A DNA stretch of 62,021 nucleotides from Actinomycetota bacterium (GTDB lineage: Bacteria; Actinomycetota; Thermoleophilia; Gaiellales; Gaiellaceae). Under the pieces are notes generated by a model that had not been told where the DNA came from, did not search any database, and saw only the letters and a program-made list of their open reading frames with translations. Below are positions 27,156 to 36,156 of this stretch, piece by piece. The position numbers and the translations under genes were made by a program. The DNA is taken from NCBI GenBank assembly GCA_005888365.1, contig VAWZ01000003.1, forward strand, positions 1 to 62,021, in the 5' to 3' direction. The first letter of the stretch is position 1, and each line of letters opens with the position of its first letter.

Positions 27156-27994
27156 TCAATCCCGCCCTCGGGCATCTGCACCCGACGGGCCACCATCCCG
27201 AGAGCGCGACTCGGCTTCTGGAGCTCCTGGAGAGGCATCTCGACTTCGTCGAGGGGCCGCGGGCGACACGCGAGCAGATCGAGCGCGTCCATGTCCCGAG
27301 CTACGTCGCCAGCATCGACGCCCTGACGGAGCAGGCGCGGCTCGACGCGGACACTCCTGCCGGACCGACCACGTGGGAGGCCGCCAGCCTGGCTGCCGGA
27401 TGCGCGATCCTCGCCGTCGATCGCGGGGGGTTCGCGCTTGTTCGACCACCGGGTCACCACGCACTCGCGGACCGGGCGATGGGATTCTGCATCGTGAACA
27501 ACGTGGCGGTCGCAGCCCGCTACGCGCAAGCCGAGCTCGGTCTCGAACGAGTCGCGATCGTGGACTTCGACGTTCACCACGGAAACGGCACCGAGGCGAT
27601 CTTCCGAAAGGACATCTCGGTTCTCTTCGTCTCGCTACATCAGTGGCCGTTCTATCCGGGCACCGGCGGCCCCGGTACGAGCGACGAGCACACGCTGAAC
27701 CTCCCGCTTGCCGCCGGATCGGGTGACGACGCCTACTTGCGCATGTTCGACGAAGCGGTCGAGCCTGCAGTGAGGTCGTTCGAGCCGGACCTCGTCCTCG
27801 TGTCCGCAGGCTTCGACGCACACGTCGACGACCCGCTCGCGGAGATGGAGGTGACCGCAGCAGGCTTCACCGAAATGGCCCGGCGGTGCGCCGCACTGGC
27901 CCCCCGCCTCGCTGCCGTGCTCGAGGGCGGCTACAACCTCGAGACGCTCCCGGCGCTCGTCGACGCGGCGCTGGCTGGTTTCGATCTCGGCTAG
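27152..27994 (+). CDS. Histone deacetylase-family (arginase-fold) deacetylase/amidohydrolase
   Basis: GTG 27152 (GTGA overlap). RPPGHHA, IVDFDVHHGNGT, SAGFDAH, LEGGY. Confidence 0.85.
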   Translation: MINPALGHLHPTGHHPESATRLLELLERHLDFVEGPRATREQIERVHVPSYVASIDALTEQARLDADTPAGPTTWEAASLAAGCAILAVDRGGFALVRPPGHHALADRAMGFCIVNNVAVAARYAQAELGLERVAIVDFDVHHGNGTEAIFRKDISVLFVSLHQWPFYPGTGGPGTSDEHTLNLPLAAGSGDDAYLRMFDEAVEPAVRSFEPDLVLVSAGFDAHVDDPLAEMEVTAAGFTEMARRCAALAPRLAAVLEGGYNLETLPALVDAALAGFDLG

Positions 27995-28635
27995 GCGGCT
28001 CGGGCAGAGTCGAGCCGCTCGAGCGCCTCGCGTCGTGAGGACACGCCCAGCTTCCTCAGCAGGTTCTTCACGTGCGAGCGCACGGTGTGCTCGGAGATGA
28101 AGAGCCTCTGCGCGATCTCGTCCGTTCCCAGGTGCTCGTCGAGAAGAAGAAGCACTTCGACTTCACGCGCGGAGAGGAGCTCGGTGATCGAGTCGGGGAC
28201 GCCTCCGAAACGGCCGTACTCGCGCACACGATCGAGAAGCCGGCGGGCGACACCTCCAGAGAGGGCCGCGTCGCCGCGAACCACGCCGCGCAGGAACGCC
28301 GCGATCTGCTCGGGAGATTCGGTCTTGAGGAGGTAGCCGGCTGCTCCTGCTCGGATCGCTGCGAGGAGGTTCTCCTCGGTGTCCGACGCAGTGAGCACAA
28401 CGACCTCGGACCCGGGTGCCTCCTCACGAATCTTTGGTAGGGCCGTCAGGCCGTCCATGCCCGGCATGGTCAGGTCGAGGAGTACGACGTCGGGGTCGTG
28501 CTTGCGGGCGGCTCTCAGCGCCTCCTCGCCATCCGCCGCCTCGCCGACCACTTCGAACCCTTGCTGCGCAAGGAGCGCGGCCAGCGCGTCTCGGGTGAGC
28601 GGATGGTCGTCGACGATGAGGATTCGTTCGCGCAC
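27991..28635 (-). CDS. NarL/FixJ-family response regulator (REC + LuxR HTH)
   Basis: VRERILIVDDHPLTRDAL...VLLDLTMPGMDG...; LSAREVEVLLLLDEHLGTDEIAQRLFISEHTVRSHVKNLLRKLGV. GTG 28635 is preferred over the track start at 28686. Confidence 0.85.
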   Translation of the reverse strand: MRERILIVDDHPLTRDALAALLAQQGFEVVGEAADGEEALRAARKHDPDVVLLDLTMPGMDGLTALPKIREEAPGSEVVVLTASDTEENLLAAIRAGAAGYLLKTESPEQIAAFLRGVVRGDAALSGGVARRLLDRVREYGRFGGVPDSITELLSAREVEVLLLLDEHLGTDEIAQRLFISEHTVRSHVKNLLRKLGVSSRREALERLDSARAA

Positions 28636-28677
28636 GAGACCCTTATCGGCAACTCGCGCGCTGCCGACAAGAGAGCA

Positions 28678-30054
28678 GTGGAGCACTCACAGACACAGAG
28701 CTATCGCTCCTGGTTGGTCGGCGAGCTTCTGGTCGTCGGCTTGCTCGCATCCGCGACCGCGCTCTTCGCGTCGAGCCAATCACTCCAGTCGGCATACGCG
28801 CTTCCCGAGGCACGGCTGGCATTCGACAGCACCGTCGCGGTCGTCGCAGTCATCGTCGCGGTGCTCGCGACTGTGCGCTTTCGTGTCGACGGCCGCACGC
28901 TCGACCTGCTTCTCGCGGGCGGCTTCTGGAGCATCTCGCTCGGAACGGTTGCCTTCGGCCTCATACCGGTTCTCGGCGGAGGGCCGCTTCCCGCTCCCGC
29001 GGCCTGGTCGCTCATCGCGTCGCGTCTGCTCGGTGGCGCTCTGATTGCGGCTGCACCGTTCACGGAGGGAAGGCTGCAATCACGGCGGAAATGGCTAGTC
29101 GTCGCCGGAGCCGGAGTCGCTTGGGCTCTCGCGGGCTGTGCCTTCCTCATCCACGAGTGGAACGCCGACGTCGCCGCTTCGCTCGAGCCGGTCGAGGGAT
29201 CGAGGGTGGTTCTCGCAGCGGCGCTTCTCGCCTTCCTCTGGCTCGTGGCTCTCGTGGGCTTCGCGCTTCGCTACCGGAGATGCGGCCGCGACCTGGACAG
29301 TTGGATCTGTCTCGCAGCGACTCTGGCCTTCTTCGCCGAGCTCCACCTCGTGATCACGCCGATCGTCTCCGGTGACTACGTGCTCGAGGGCGACTTCCTG
29401 CGCCTGCTCGCATACGGGATCCTGCTCGTCGGCGTCTGGCGAGCCATCGCCGACGCGGAGTTCGGCCGGGCGGTCGCCGATGAGCGCGCCCGCGTCGCCC
29501 GCGAGATTCACGACGGGCTGGCCCAGTACCTCTTCGCGATCTCGACCCAGGTCAGCATGCTCGAGAGCGGGGCATCCCTCGAGCAGGTGCTCCCTCGCCT
29601 GAAACAGGCCTCTACCGCCGCGCAGCGAGAGGCTCGCTTTGCCGTTCTCGCGCTCTCCACGGCGGCGGGTACGGCGCGGTTCGACGCGGCGCTTCGCCGC
29701 TACGTCGACGTGCTCACCGCGGACGGCGAGCTCGAGGTCGAGCTCGAAGTCGACCCGGCGGTTCGGCTTGCCCCCGACGAGCAGATCGAGGTCTTCAGAA
29801 TCGTCCAGGAAGGTCTCGGAAACGCGCGTCGTCATGCGGGTGCGCACCACGTGAACGTGGCGATCTCGCAGCACAATGGCCGCCGGATCGTCACGGTGAG
29901 CGACGACGGAGTCGGTTTCGCACAAGAGACTGCAACCTCCGGCCAGGGGCTCGAGAACATGCGGCTTCGCGCCGAGGCGATCGAAGGGCGGCTCAGGCTG
30001 TTGTCTGCTCCCGGCCGCGGCACGGCGATCGAGGTCGTTCTGCGGCCGACCTAA
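28678..30054 (+). CDS. Sensor histidine kinase, HisKA_3 (NarX/DesK-like) type, multi-TM sensor
   Basis: About 6 TM helices, then ERARVAREIHDGLAQYLFAI (H-box) and an HATPase_c domain (...QEGLGNARRHAGA...DDGVGF...GQGLENMRLRAEAIEGRLRL). The start is uncertain (GTG 28678 or TTG 28714). Confidence 0.8.
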   Translation: MEHSQTQSYRSWLVGELLVVGLLASATALFASSQSLQSAYALPEARLAFDSTVAVVAVIVAVLATVRFRVDGRTLDLLLAGGFWSISLGTVAFGLIPVLGGGPLPAPAAWSLIASRLLGGALIAAAPFTEGRLQSRRKWLVVAGAGVAWALAGCAFLIHEWNADVAASLEPVEGSRVVLAAALLAFLWLVALVGFALRYRRCGRDLDSWICLAATLAFFAELHLVITPIVSGDYVLEGDFLRLLAYGILLVGVWRAIADAEFGRAVADERARVAREIHDGLAQYLFAISTQVSMLESGASLEQVLPRLKQASTAAQREARFAVLALSTAAGTARFDAALRRYVDVLTADGELEVELEVDPAVRLAPDEQIEVFRIVQEGLGNARRHAGAHHVNVAISQHNGRRIVTVSDDGVGFAQETATSGQGLENMRLRAEAIEGRLRLLSAPGRGTAIEVVLRPT

Positions 30055-30102
30055 CGGTCGGGGGGCAGCCCCGGCCGCGGTCTCCTCTGACATAGTCGAG
30101 AC

Positions 30103-30831
30103 GTGTTCGACCACGTCACGATTCGCGTCTTGCGCCGGGCGGAGTCCGAGCGCTTCTACGACACGGTGCTGCCTACGCTCGGCCTCGCAAAGACTCACAG
30201 CACCGACCACTACGCCGAGTGGGGCGAGTTCTCGCTCGCCGAGGAGTCGGAGACGAAGCCCGCGACGCGGAATCTCCACGTCGGGTTCACGGCGCAGTCG
30301 CGCGCGCTTGTCGACTCCTTCTGGCGCGCAGGAGTAGAGGCTCGTTATCGGGACGACGGGGCGCCGGGCGAGCGGCCGCAGTACAGCCCGACCTACTACG
30401 GTGGCTTCCTCCTCGACCCCGACGGGAACAGCGCCGAGGCGGTGAATCACGATTCCGTCGACAGCCGAGCTCAGATCGACCACCTCTGGATTCGGGTCGC
30501 CGATCTCGAGGCCGCAAAGCTGTTCTACGGGGTGCTTGCTCCCTACACCGGCTTTGGGCTGCGGCGCGAGACCCAGGTGCGCGCGCAGTTCGTCGGTCGG
30601 GCCGCTTCGTTCTCCCTCGTCACCGGCGCTCCGACGATGAACGCCCACGTGGCGTTTCCGTCGGAAGACGACGCAACGGTCGACGCGTACCACGCCGCAG
30701 CGCTCGCTGCGGGATATCGCGACAACGGCGAGCCCGGCGAGCGTTCCGTCTACCACCCGGGCTACTACAGCGCTTTCGTGCTGGATACCGACGGCAACAA
30801 CATCGAAGTCGTCAATCACAATCGCGGCTAA
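30103..30831 (+). CDS. VOC (glyoxalase/bleomycin-resistance/dioxygenase) family protein, two tandem modules
   Basis: MFDHVTIRV...YYGGFLLDPDGNSAEAVNH and IDHLWIRV...YYSAFVLDTDGNNIEVVNH. Confidence 0.75.
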   Translation: MFDHVTIRVLRRAESERFYDTVLPTLGLAKTHSTDHYAEWGEFSLAEESETKPATRNLHVGFTAQSRALVDSFWRAGVEARYRDDGAPGERPQYSPTYYGGFLLDPDGNSAEAVNHDSVDSRAQIDHLWIRVADLEAAKLFYGVLAPYTGFGLRRETQVRAQFVGRAASFSLVTGAPTMNAHVAFPSEDDATVDAYHAAALAAGYRDNGEPGERSVYHPGYYSAFVLDTDGNNIEVVNHNRG

Positions 30832-30905
30832 GTTGTCCGCCGCCAACCTGCGCAGATCGCGCCGGTCTTCAGAAATTCTTGACGCGCCTCGTGCACCGTC
30901 CTCAC

Positions 30906-33134
30906 ATGACCCGCCACGTCCTCGCGCTCTCGGTGATCGCACTGGTCGCGCTCGCGCTGTCAGGGACCTCGAATGCCGGCGCAAGCGCGTCGCGCGCGAT
31001 CGGTGTTGCAGCTTCCGAACCTGTGCCCGCGCCTGTCCCGTCGCTCGATCCGGGGGTGACGAGGAAGCTATGGCGGAAGCTCGTCGCGAAGCCGCATCGC
31101 GAGAGTCGAGCTCAGGCGGGCTGCCGCCCGCTCCGGGCTGTCTTCTACGCCGCGACTGACTGGCTCCGGCTCGCTACGAAGCTCGCGGCCAGTGGGTCTC
31201 CCTGCGCCCAGTACTACATCTCTGTACCGCCGATCGTCGCGGACAAGACGCAGCCGCGGCGAGACGCTGCGTGGCGCATCCGCGCGCTCGGACCGAGCTT
31301 CCACGCGATGGCGGAGATCCACTACGCCACCTGGACCAGGTGGGTCGCGAGCACCGGCTCGAGCTGGTACCAGGCCGGTACGACGGCACGTGAGCGGATG
31401 GCCGCAGCCGGCTACGACGTGACGCAGGGCGACACCTGGGTCGTCAACGAGGTCACGTCGGCCGTCAGGAAGAACACCGGCAACGCCCGCGCCAACCTCC
31501 GAGAGCTTCTGCGCGGCCTCTACGAGGGTGACGGAACGCATCCCACTCGCGGAGCAGCCTTCGTCATCGGGGTCGGTCAGCAGGCGAGTGACGTCTCCCA
31601 GTACCAGTCGAACCTGCAGAACTGGCTGTCCGACTCCGACTTCTGGACCGCCATGGGCACCTACGTCAGTGACTGGTCGCAGGAGGTGTACGGAGACGTC
31701 CGCAACTTCGCTGTCCCCGCCGCGCCCATCACCACGCGCCGCGACTACCTGAACGACTACCTGCAGCACGGGCTCGTGCTCGCGAACGCGGGGCCAGCGA
31801 CGATCGAGACGGCTCGCTCCTTCCTGCAGTCGGCGTACAGCCCGCTCGGCAACGCGGCCTGGGAGCGGGAGTCCGGGTATGGCTGGACCATGGTCCCCAC
31901 GGATGAAATGGCGGACTACGTGTCCGCGCAGGTCTATGCGCTCCGCTACTTCAGCGCCACGAGCGGCGAGACGGAGGATCACTGGGGCTTCGCGTGGGCA
32001 CCGAGGAACGCCACGGGCCTCTCGGCGGCGGACTTCGCGGCGCAGAGCGGCGCGATCCTCGACCGGCTCAGCGCCGCCGTGCGGGACTCTGCGCAGACCG
32101 GCGACTCGAGCGACCCCGGAAGCGCCGCCTGCGGTCCGCCGGGCCAGAACCTGTGGTGCGTGGGCGACCTCACCGGAGCGCATTTCAACGACGCGTGGAA
32201 GTCGTTCCGAGTCTGGACACAGCCGGTGCTGGCATTCGCCACGGCACCGCAGACGATCGCCGCGGGGGCGCCCTCGGCGGCCATGAGCCTCGCGCTCACG
32301 AACACGCTCGGGCAACCCTTCACACCTCGGGCTCCGCTCGCCGTGACGATGAGCTCGAGCTCGCCCAAGGGGACGTTCTCGACGAGCCCGGCCGGGCCGT
32401 GGTCGAGCACGCTTTCGCTCACCGTCGCCGCTGGGACGAGCACGAGCGGAGCGTTCTACTACCTCGACACACGTGCGGGCAGCCCGGTGCTCACCGCGTC
32501 CGCCGCGCAGACGACGAGCGGTACGCAGACGGAGACGGTGACGCCCGGACCTGTTGTGTCCCTGAAACTCACGCCCGGCTCGGCGACCGTCGCAGCTCGC
32601 GCGAGTCGGCAGTTTGTAGCCGCGGGCCGAGACTCGTTCGGGAACCTCTTCCCCGTCTCTGCCACATGGACGTTGACGCCGCGGAACATCGGCACGCTCT
32701 CCCCGAGCACCGGGAGCACGACCACCTTCACCGCTCTCCGCTCGCTCGGCGACGCCACGATCACGGCGGCGCTCGCCACGGAGACCGGGACCCTGACGGC
32801 CGCCGCGACCCTACAGGTGACGCCCGGCCGGCTGAGCATCCGATCGGTCGGTTACGTGAGAAAGCGGAGCATCGCCTACGTCACGGTGAGCGCCGTCGAC
32901 GCGGCGGGCAGGCCCGTGTCTCGGGCCGCGGTGTGGATTCGCGTCCGCCTGAACGGTCGGCGGTACCTCTCCGCCCGTGCGGCGACAGGCCCGGCTGGGC
33001 GCGCGGTTTTCCGGGTTCGGGTGCGGCCAGGTTCCTGCCTCACCAGCGCCGTCTCGAAGGTCTCCGCGGCAGGCTTCGCGTGGGACGGCCGCACTCCGGA
33101 CAACCGTTTCTGCCGCCCGCGCCTACGCGGCTGA
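30906..33134 (+). CDS. Large secreted hypothetical protein with C-terminal Ig-like repeats
   Basis: ATG 30906 with a signal peptide (MTRHVLALSVIALVALALSGTSNAGASA). The N-terminal region of about 450 aa is unrecognised. The C-terminus is Ser/Thr-rich and beta-sandwich-like (…LKLTPGSATVAARASRQFVAAGRDSFGN…). Confidence 0.7.
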   Translation: MTRHVLALSVIALVALALSGTSNAGASASRAIGVAASEPVPAPVPSLDPGVTRKLWRKLVAKPHRESRAQAGCRPLRAVFYAATDWLRLATKLAASGSPCAQYYISVPPIVADKTQPRRDAAWRIRALGPSFHAMAEIHYATWTRWVASTGSSWYQAGTTARERMAAAGYDVTQGDTWVVNEVTSAVRKNTGNARANLRELLRGLYEGDGTHPTRGAAFVIGVGQQASDVSQYQSNLQNWLSDSDFWTAMGTYVSDWSQEVYGDVRNFAVPAAPITTRRDYLNDYLQHGLVLANAGPATIETARSFLQSAYSPLGNAAWERESGYGWTMVPTDEMADYVSAQVYALRYFSATSGETEDHWGFAWAPRNATGLSAADFAAQSGAILDRLSAAVRDSAQTGDSSDPGSAACGPPGQNLWCVGDLTGAHFNDAWKSFRVWTQPVLAFATAPQTIAAGAPSAAMSLALTNTLGQPFTPRAPLAVTMSSSSPKGTFSTSPAGPWSSTLSLTVAAGTSTSGAFYYLDTRAGSPVLTASAAQTTSGTQTETVTPGPVVSLKLTPGSATVAARASRQFVAAGRDSFGNLFPVSATWTLTPRNIGTLSPSTGSTTTFTALRSLGDATITAALATETGTLTAAATLQVTPGRLSIRSVGYVRKRSIAYVTVSAVDAAGRPVSRAAVWIRVRLNGRRYLSARAATGPAGRAVFRVRVRPGSCLTSAVSKVSAAGFAWDGRTPDNRFCRPRLRG

Positions 33135-33199
33135 TCTGCATGCAACGAGCATAGAAACCCGTCGCGAGCTTCTTCATGGCCGGCGAATCGAGTTCATAG

Positions 33200-33225
33200 A
33201 AAAAGCCCCGTTACCAGGGCTTTTT
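33200..33225. terminator. Bidirectional rho-independent terminator
   Basis: AAAAAGCCC-cgttacca-GGGCTTTTT. It has an A-tract on one side and a T-tract on the other. It sits between the convergent secreted-protein gene and rnpB. Confidence 0.8.
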
Positions 33226-33228
33226 CCG

Positions 33229-33568
<340 letters not shown>

Positions 33569-33584
<16 letters not shown>

Positions 33585-33784
33585 ACTGATGGTAACTCGA
33601 TATCGCGCAGATCCCTTCCTTCCGCAAGGATCGAGCGGCACTCCGGGCAGGCGATCACGCCTCGCACGTGGAGGACGAACTCCCCGCAGACGAGGCACTC
33701 GAGGCTCGCCCCACGCACCAGCCCGGTGAGGGCCTGGTCGAGCGTCCGATTGAACGGCGCCAGGTTGGCGGGCTCGAGCGTCAT
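33569..33784 (-). CDS. Small zinc-ribbon protein (71 aa), translationally coupled to lexA
   Basis: The ATG at 33784 overlaps the lexA stop (ATGA). MTLEPANLAPFNRTLDQALTGLVRGASLECLVCGEFVLHVRGVIACPECRSILAEG..., i.e. CxxC-x15-CxxC. GC3 is high. The last ~13-16 nt overlap the 5' end of rnpB. Confidence 0.55.
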
Positions 33785-34413
33785 TGCAGGCTGCGGAAGA
33801 CGCCCGTGACCTTCCCGAGGATCTGGACGTGGTCGGGGTAAAGGGGCTGGAGCGCGCTGTTCTCCGGTTGCAGGCGGACGCGACCGCCGGGATCGCGACG
33901 GAACGTCTTGACGGTCGCCTCGTCGGCGCTCTCGTCGTCGCCCACGAGCGCGACGACGATGTCGCCGTCTCGAGCGTCGGGCTGCCGGCTGACGACCACG
34001 ATGTCGCCGTCGAGGATTCCCGCCTCGATCATCGACTCGCCGCTCACGCGGAGGAGGAAGTCGGCACCACGACCGAGCGGTTCCGGCACGGCGACTCGAT
34101 CTTCGATCGTCTCCTCGGCGAGGAGCGGAGCGCCCGCGGCGATGCGGCCTACGAGCGGCAGCGTAGGCGTCGTCTGCCGTGAGTGCTCGTCCGCCACTGC
34201 CTTGCGACGCCCGACAAGCTCGATCGCGCGCGGCTTCGTCGGGTCGCGGTGGAGAAGGCCGGCTCGCTCGAGATTCGCGAGGTGCGCGTGCACCGTCGAC
34301 GGGGATGCGAGCCCCACCGCGTCGCCGATCTCTCGAACCGTCGGCGGGTACCCGTGGTCGTCCACGTACTCGGCGAGGTACTGCCAGATCTCCTGTTGGC
34401 GTGCGGTGAGCAT
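33781..34413 (-). CDS. lexA: LexA repressor
   Basis: MLTARQQEIWQYLAEYVDDHGYPPTVREIGDAVGLASPSTVHAHLANLERAGLL, the cleavage site IAAGAP, and catalytic residues in SGESM and VKTF. Start taken at ATG 34413. The track ORF extends to 34503, across the SOS box. Confidence 0.9.
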   Translation of the reverse strand: MLTARQQEIWQYLAEYVDDHGYPPTVREIGDAVGLASPSTVHAHLANLERAGLLHRDPTKPRAIELVGRRKAVADEHSRQTTPTLPLVGRIAAGAPLLAEETIEDRVAVPEPLGRGADFLLRVSGESMIEAGILDGDIVVVSRQPDARDGDIVVALVGDDESADEATVKTFRRDPGGRVRLQPENSALQPLYPDHVQILGKVTGVFRSLQ

Positions 34414-34436
34414 TGGGCTCTCTCCCGGGTCGACGA

Positions 34437-34450
34437 CGAACGTATGTTCG
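34437..34450. promoter_or_regulatory. SOS box (LexA operator)
   Basis: Perfect palindrome CGAAC-GTAT-GTTCG, 24 nt upstream of the lexA start. This is the Gram-positive/actinobacterial consensus CGAAC-N4-GTTCG. Confidence 0.85.
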
Positions 34451-34531
34451 CCGTCCAGGGTAGAGGTCCTGCCGGACGCCGTCAACCGCGGTGTCGCCAC
34501 CAAACTGGTCGGGGTAGTCTCGGGAAAGAGA

Positions 34532-34555
34532 CGAGCCCCCGCGACCGGGGGCTCG
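34532..34555 (-). terminator. Hairpin downstream of tRNA-Leu
   Basis: CGAGCCCCCG-cgac-CGGGGGCTCG (10-bp stem), followed on the minus strand by TCTCTTT. It separates the secG-tRNA unit from the lexA promoter. Confidence 0.6.
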
Positions 34556-34571
34556 GTTGGAGCGTTCGCAG

Positions 34572-34656
34572 TGCGCTGGAGAGGACTTGAACCTCCACGA
34601 CCGCAATGGCCACTAGGCCCTCAACCTAGCGCGTCTACCAATTCCGCCACCAGCGC
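34572..34656 (-). tRNA. tRNA-Leu (anticodon GAG)
   Basis: The reverse complement is GCGCUGGUGGCGGAAUUGGUAGACGCGCUAGGUUGAGGGCCUAGUGGCCAUUGCGGUCGUGGAGGUUCAAGUCCUCUCCAGCGCA. It has a 7-bp acceptor stem, a long variable arm, a UUCAAGU T-loop and the anticodon loop U-U-GAG-G-G. No CCA is encoded. Confidence 0.9.
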
Positions 34657-34684
34657 GAGAAACCTCATTCTAGCCGCGGTCGGT

Positions 34685-34939
34685 TTACAGAAGATGGAAG
34701 AGCAAGATCGTGTTCGCGCCGAACACGGCTGCCACGATCACCGTCAGGCGGGTGAGGTTCCGCTCGACGATGTGCGTTCCGCCCTGAGACGCAGGCGTAA
34801 ATCCCATGCCTCCGAACCCGGCCTCGCGGCCGGAGTGCATGAGAATGAGCGTGACGAGGAAGGCCGCGAGCAACACCTGTAGCACGGCCGAGATCTGAAG
34901 CCAGACGAACGCGACAACCACGGCCCGCGAGGATAGCAA
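34685..34939 (-). CDS. secG: Preprotein translocase subunit SecG
   Basis: 84 aa with two TM helices flanking a Gly-rich loop (HSGREAGFGGMGFTPASQGG). A tRNA-Leu lies immediately downstream, as in the E. coli secG-leuU arrangement. Confidence 0.75.
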   Translation of the reverse strand: MLSSRAVVVAFVWLQISAVLQVLLAAFLVTLILMHSGREAGFGGMGFTPASQGGTHIVERNLTRLTVIVAAVFGANTILLFHLL

Positions 34940-34957
34940 CGGCTATAGCCTCCATCC

Positions 34958-35191
34958 GTGAGCGAGAAGGCGTATGCGCGAGCGAAGATCCAGCACCTGC
35001 TCGTGACCGGCGACAACCGCCTGAAGCAAGGCGTCTCGGCCGAGAAGGTCCGCGCCACCTACGAGGAGGCGCTCGAGGTGGCTCGCGAGGCGGGGCTCGA
35101 GAAGTCCGTGCGTCCGCTCGTCGAGATCAGGCTCGCCGACCTCGAGCGGCTCGCTCGAGAATCTCGTCCACCCGAGCCGCCTGCCGCTTGA
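34958..35191 (+). CDS. Hypothetical small helical protein
   Basis: 77 aa with good GC3 bias. Its 3' end overlaps the convergent glycosyltransferase gene by 65 nt. Confidence 0.45.
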   Translation: MSEKAYARAKIQHLLVTGDNRLKQGVSAEKVRATYEEALEVAREAGLEKSVRPLVEIRLADLERLARESRPPEPPAA

Positions 35192-36125
35192 CCCCGTGAG
35201 CCGCTGCCGCCTCTCGGGCGGCGAGGTTCGGAGGCGGGAACGCCGCCGCTCGGTCGAGCGCCTCGAAGAGCGCGTCCTCGTCCTCGGGGTCGACGAGGAC
35301 GCCGGCACCTTCCGTCACGAACTCGGGCGGTCCTCCGATGCGCGTCGAAACGACGGATCGGCCTGCGGCCATGGCCTCGAGCGTCGCGAGGCCGAACGGC
35401 TCGAGGAGGCTCGGCTGGCAGAGGACGTCGCAGGCGGCGATCCAGGTAGGAACGTCGTCGTGCCGGACGCGCCCGACGAGCCGGATTCCCTTCCTGCCTT
35501 CGAGCGCATCGCGCAGCTCTCCGTCTCCGACGAAGGCGAGTGTGCCCTCCCCCCGACGCTCGAAGGCGCGGGCCAGCCGCAGGACGTTCTTTCGTTCGGA
35601 GAGCGCTCCGAGACAGAGGAATACGGTTCCTTCGGGCTCCCACCCGAGCTCGCGCCGTGCGTCTACAGGGTCTCGGATCGCAAAGCGCTCGAGGTCGACG
35701 CCGGAGTCGACGACCTCGATCTTCCCGGCTGCCTCGGGGACTCTCGCCTCGAGCTCCCTGCGCAGCCAGTCCGAGACGGCGACGACCGCGGCCGCGCGGC
35801 GCACGACATACCGTGTCGCCGCGCCGACACCTGGAATTGCTCCGATGTTGCGCACGTCCTGGCCGTGCGCAGTAACCACGAGCGGAGCCCTCGAAGCGAA
35901 GGCGCCGACCAAGCCGGTCGGAACGAGGAAGTGGGCGTAGACGACGTCGGGCCGGAAGCGGCGTGCGAGCGTGAAGGTCCTGGCCGCGAGACCGAGGTAT
36001 CGGCGGCGCCCGCCCTCGCGCCGGTCGAGAACGGCACGCTCGATCTCGTGCCCTCTGTGGGCGAGCTCGCGCTCGAGCGTCGCGACGAAGACGCCGAGGT
36101 CCGGGTCTGCCGGCCCCGGATACAT
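35127..36125 (-). CDS. Glycosyltransferase, GT-B fold (GT4 family, RfaB-like)
   Basis: ...VVYAHFLVPTG...VVTAHGQD... and the C-terminal E-x7-E region PSLLEPFGLATLEAMAAGRSVV. The conserved N-terminal strand LRILLVSQ lies upstream of the first ATG, so a CTG start at 36149 is possible. Confidence 0.85.
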   Translation of the reverse strand: MYPGPADPDLGVFVATLERELAHRGHEIERAVLDRREGGRRRYLGLAARTFTLARRFRPDVVYAHFLVPTGLVGAFASRAPLVVTAHGQDVRNIGAIPGVGAATRYVVRRAAAVVAVSDWLRRELEARVPEAAGKIEVVDSGVDLERFAIRDPVDARRELGWEPEGTVFLCLGALSERKNVLRLARAFERRGEGTLAFVGDGELRDALEGRKGIRLVGRVRHDDVPTWIAACDVLCQPSLLEPFGLATLEAMAAGRSVVSTRIGGPPEFVTEGAGVLVDPEDEDALFEALDRAAAFPPPNLAAREAAAAHGVKRQAARVDEILERAARGRRA

Positions 36126-36156
36126 CTGCGAGACGAGGAGGATCCGCAGCGACGGC

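Noticed and set aside
34414-34503. The N-terminal 30-aa extension of lexA in the ORF track.
   Set aside because: The extension would be translated across the SOS operator. The canonical LexA N-terminus (MLTARQQEI...) begins at 34413.
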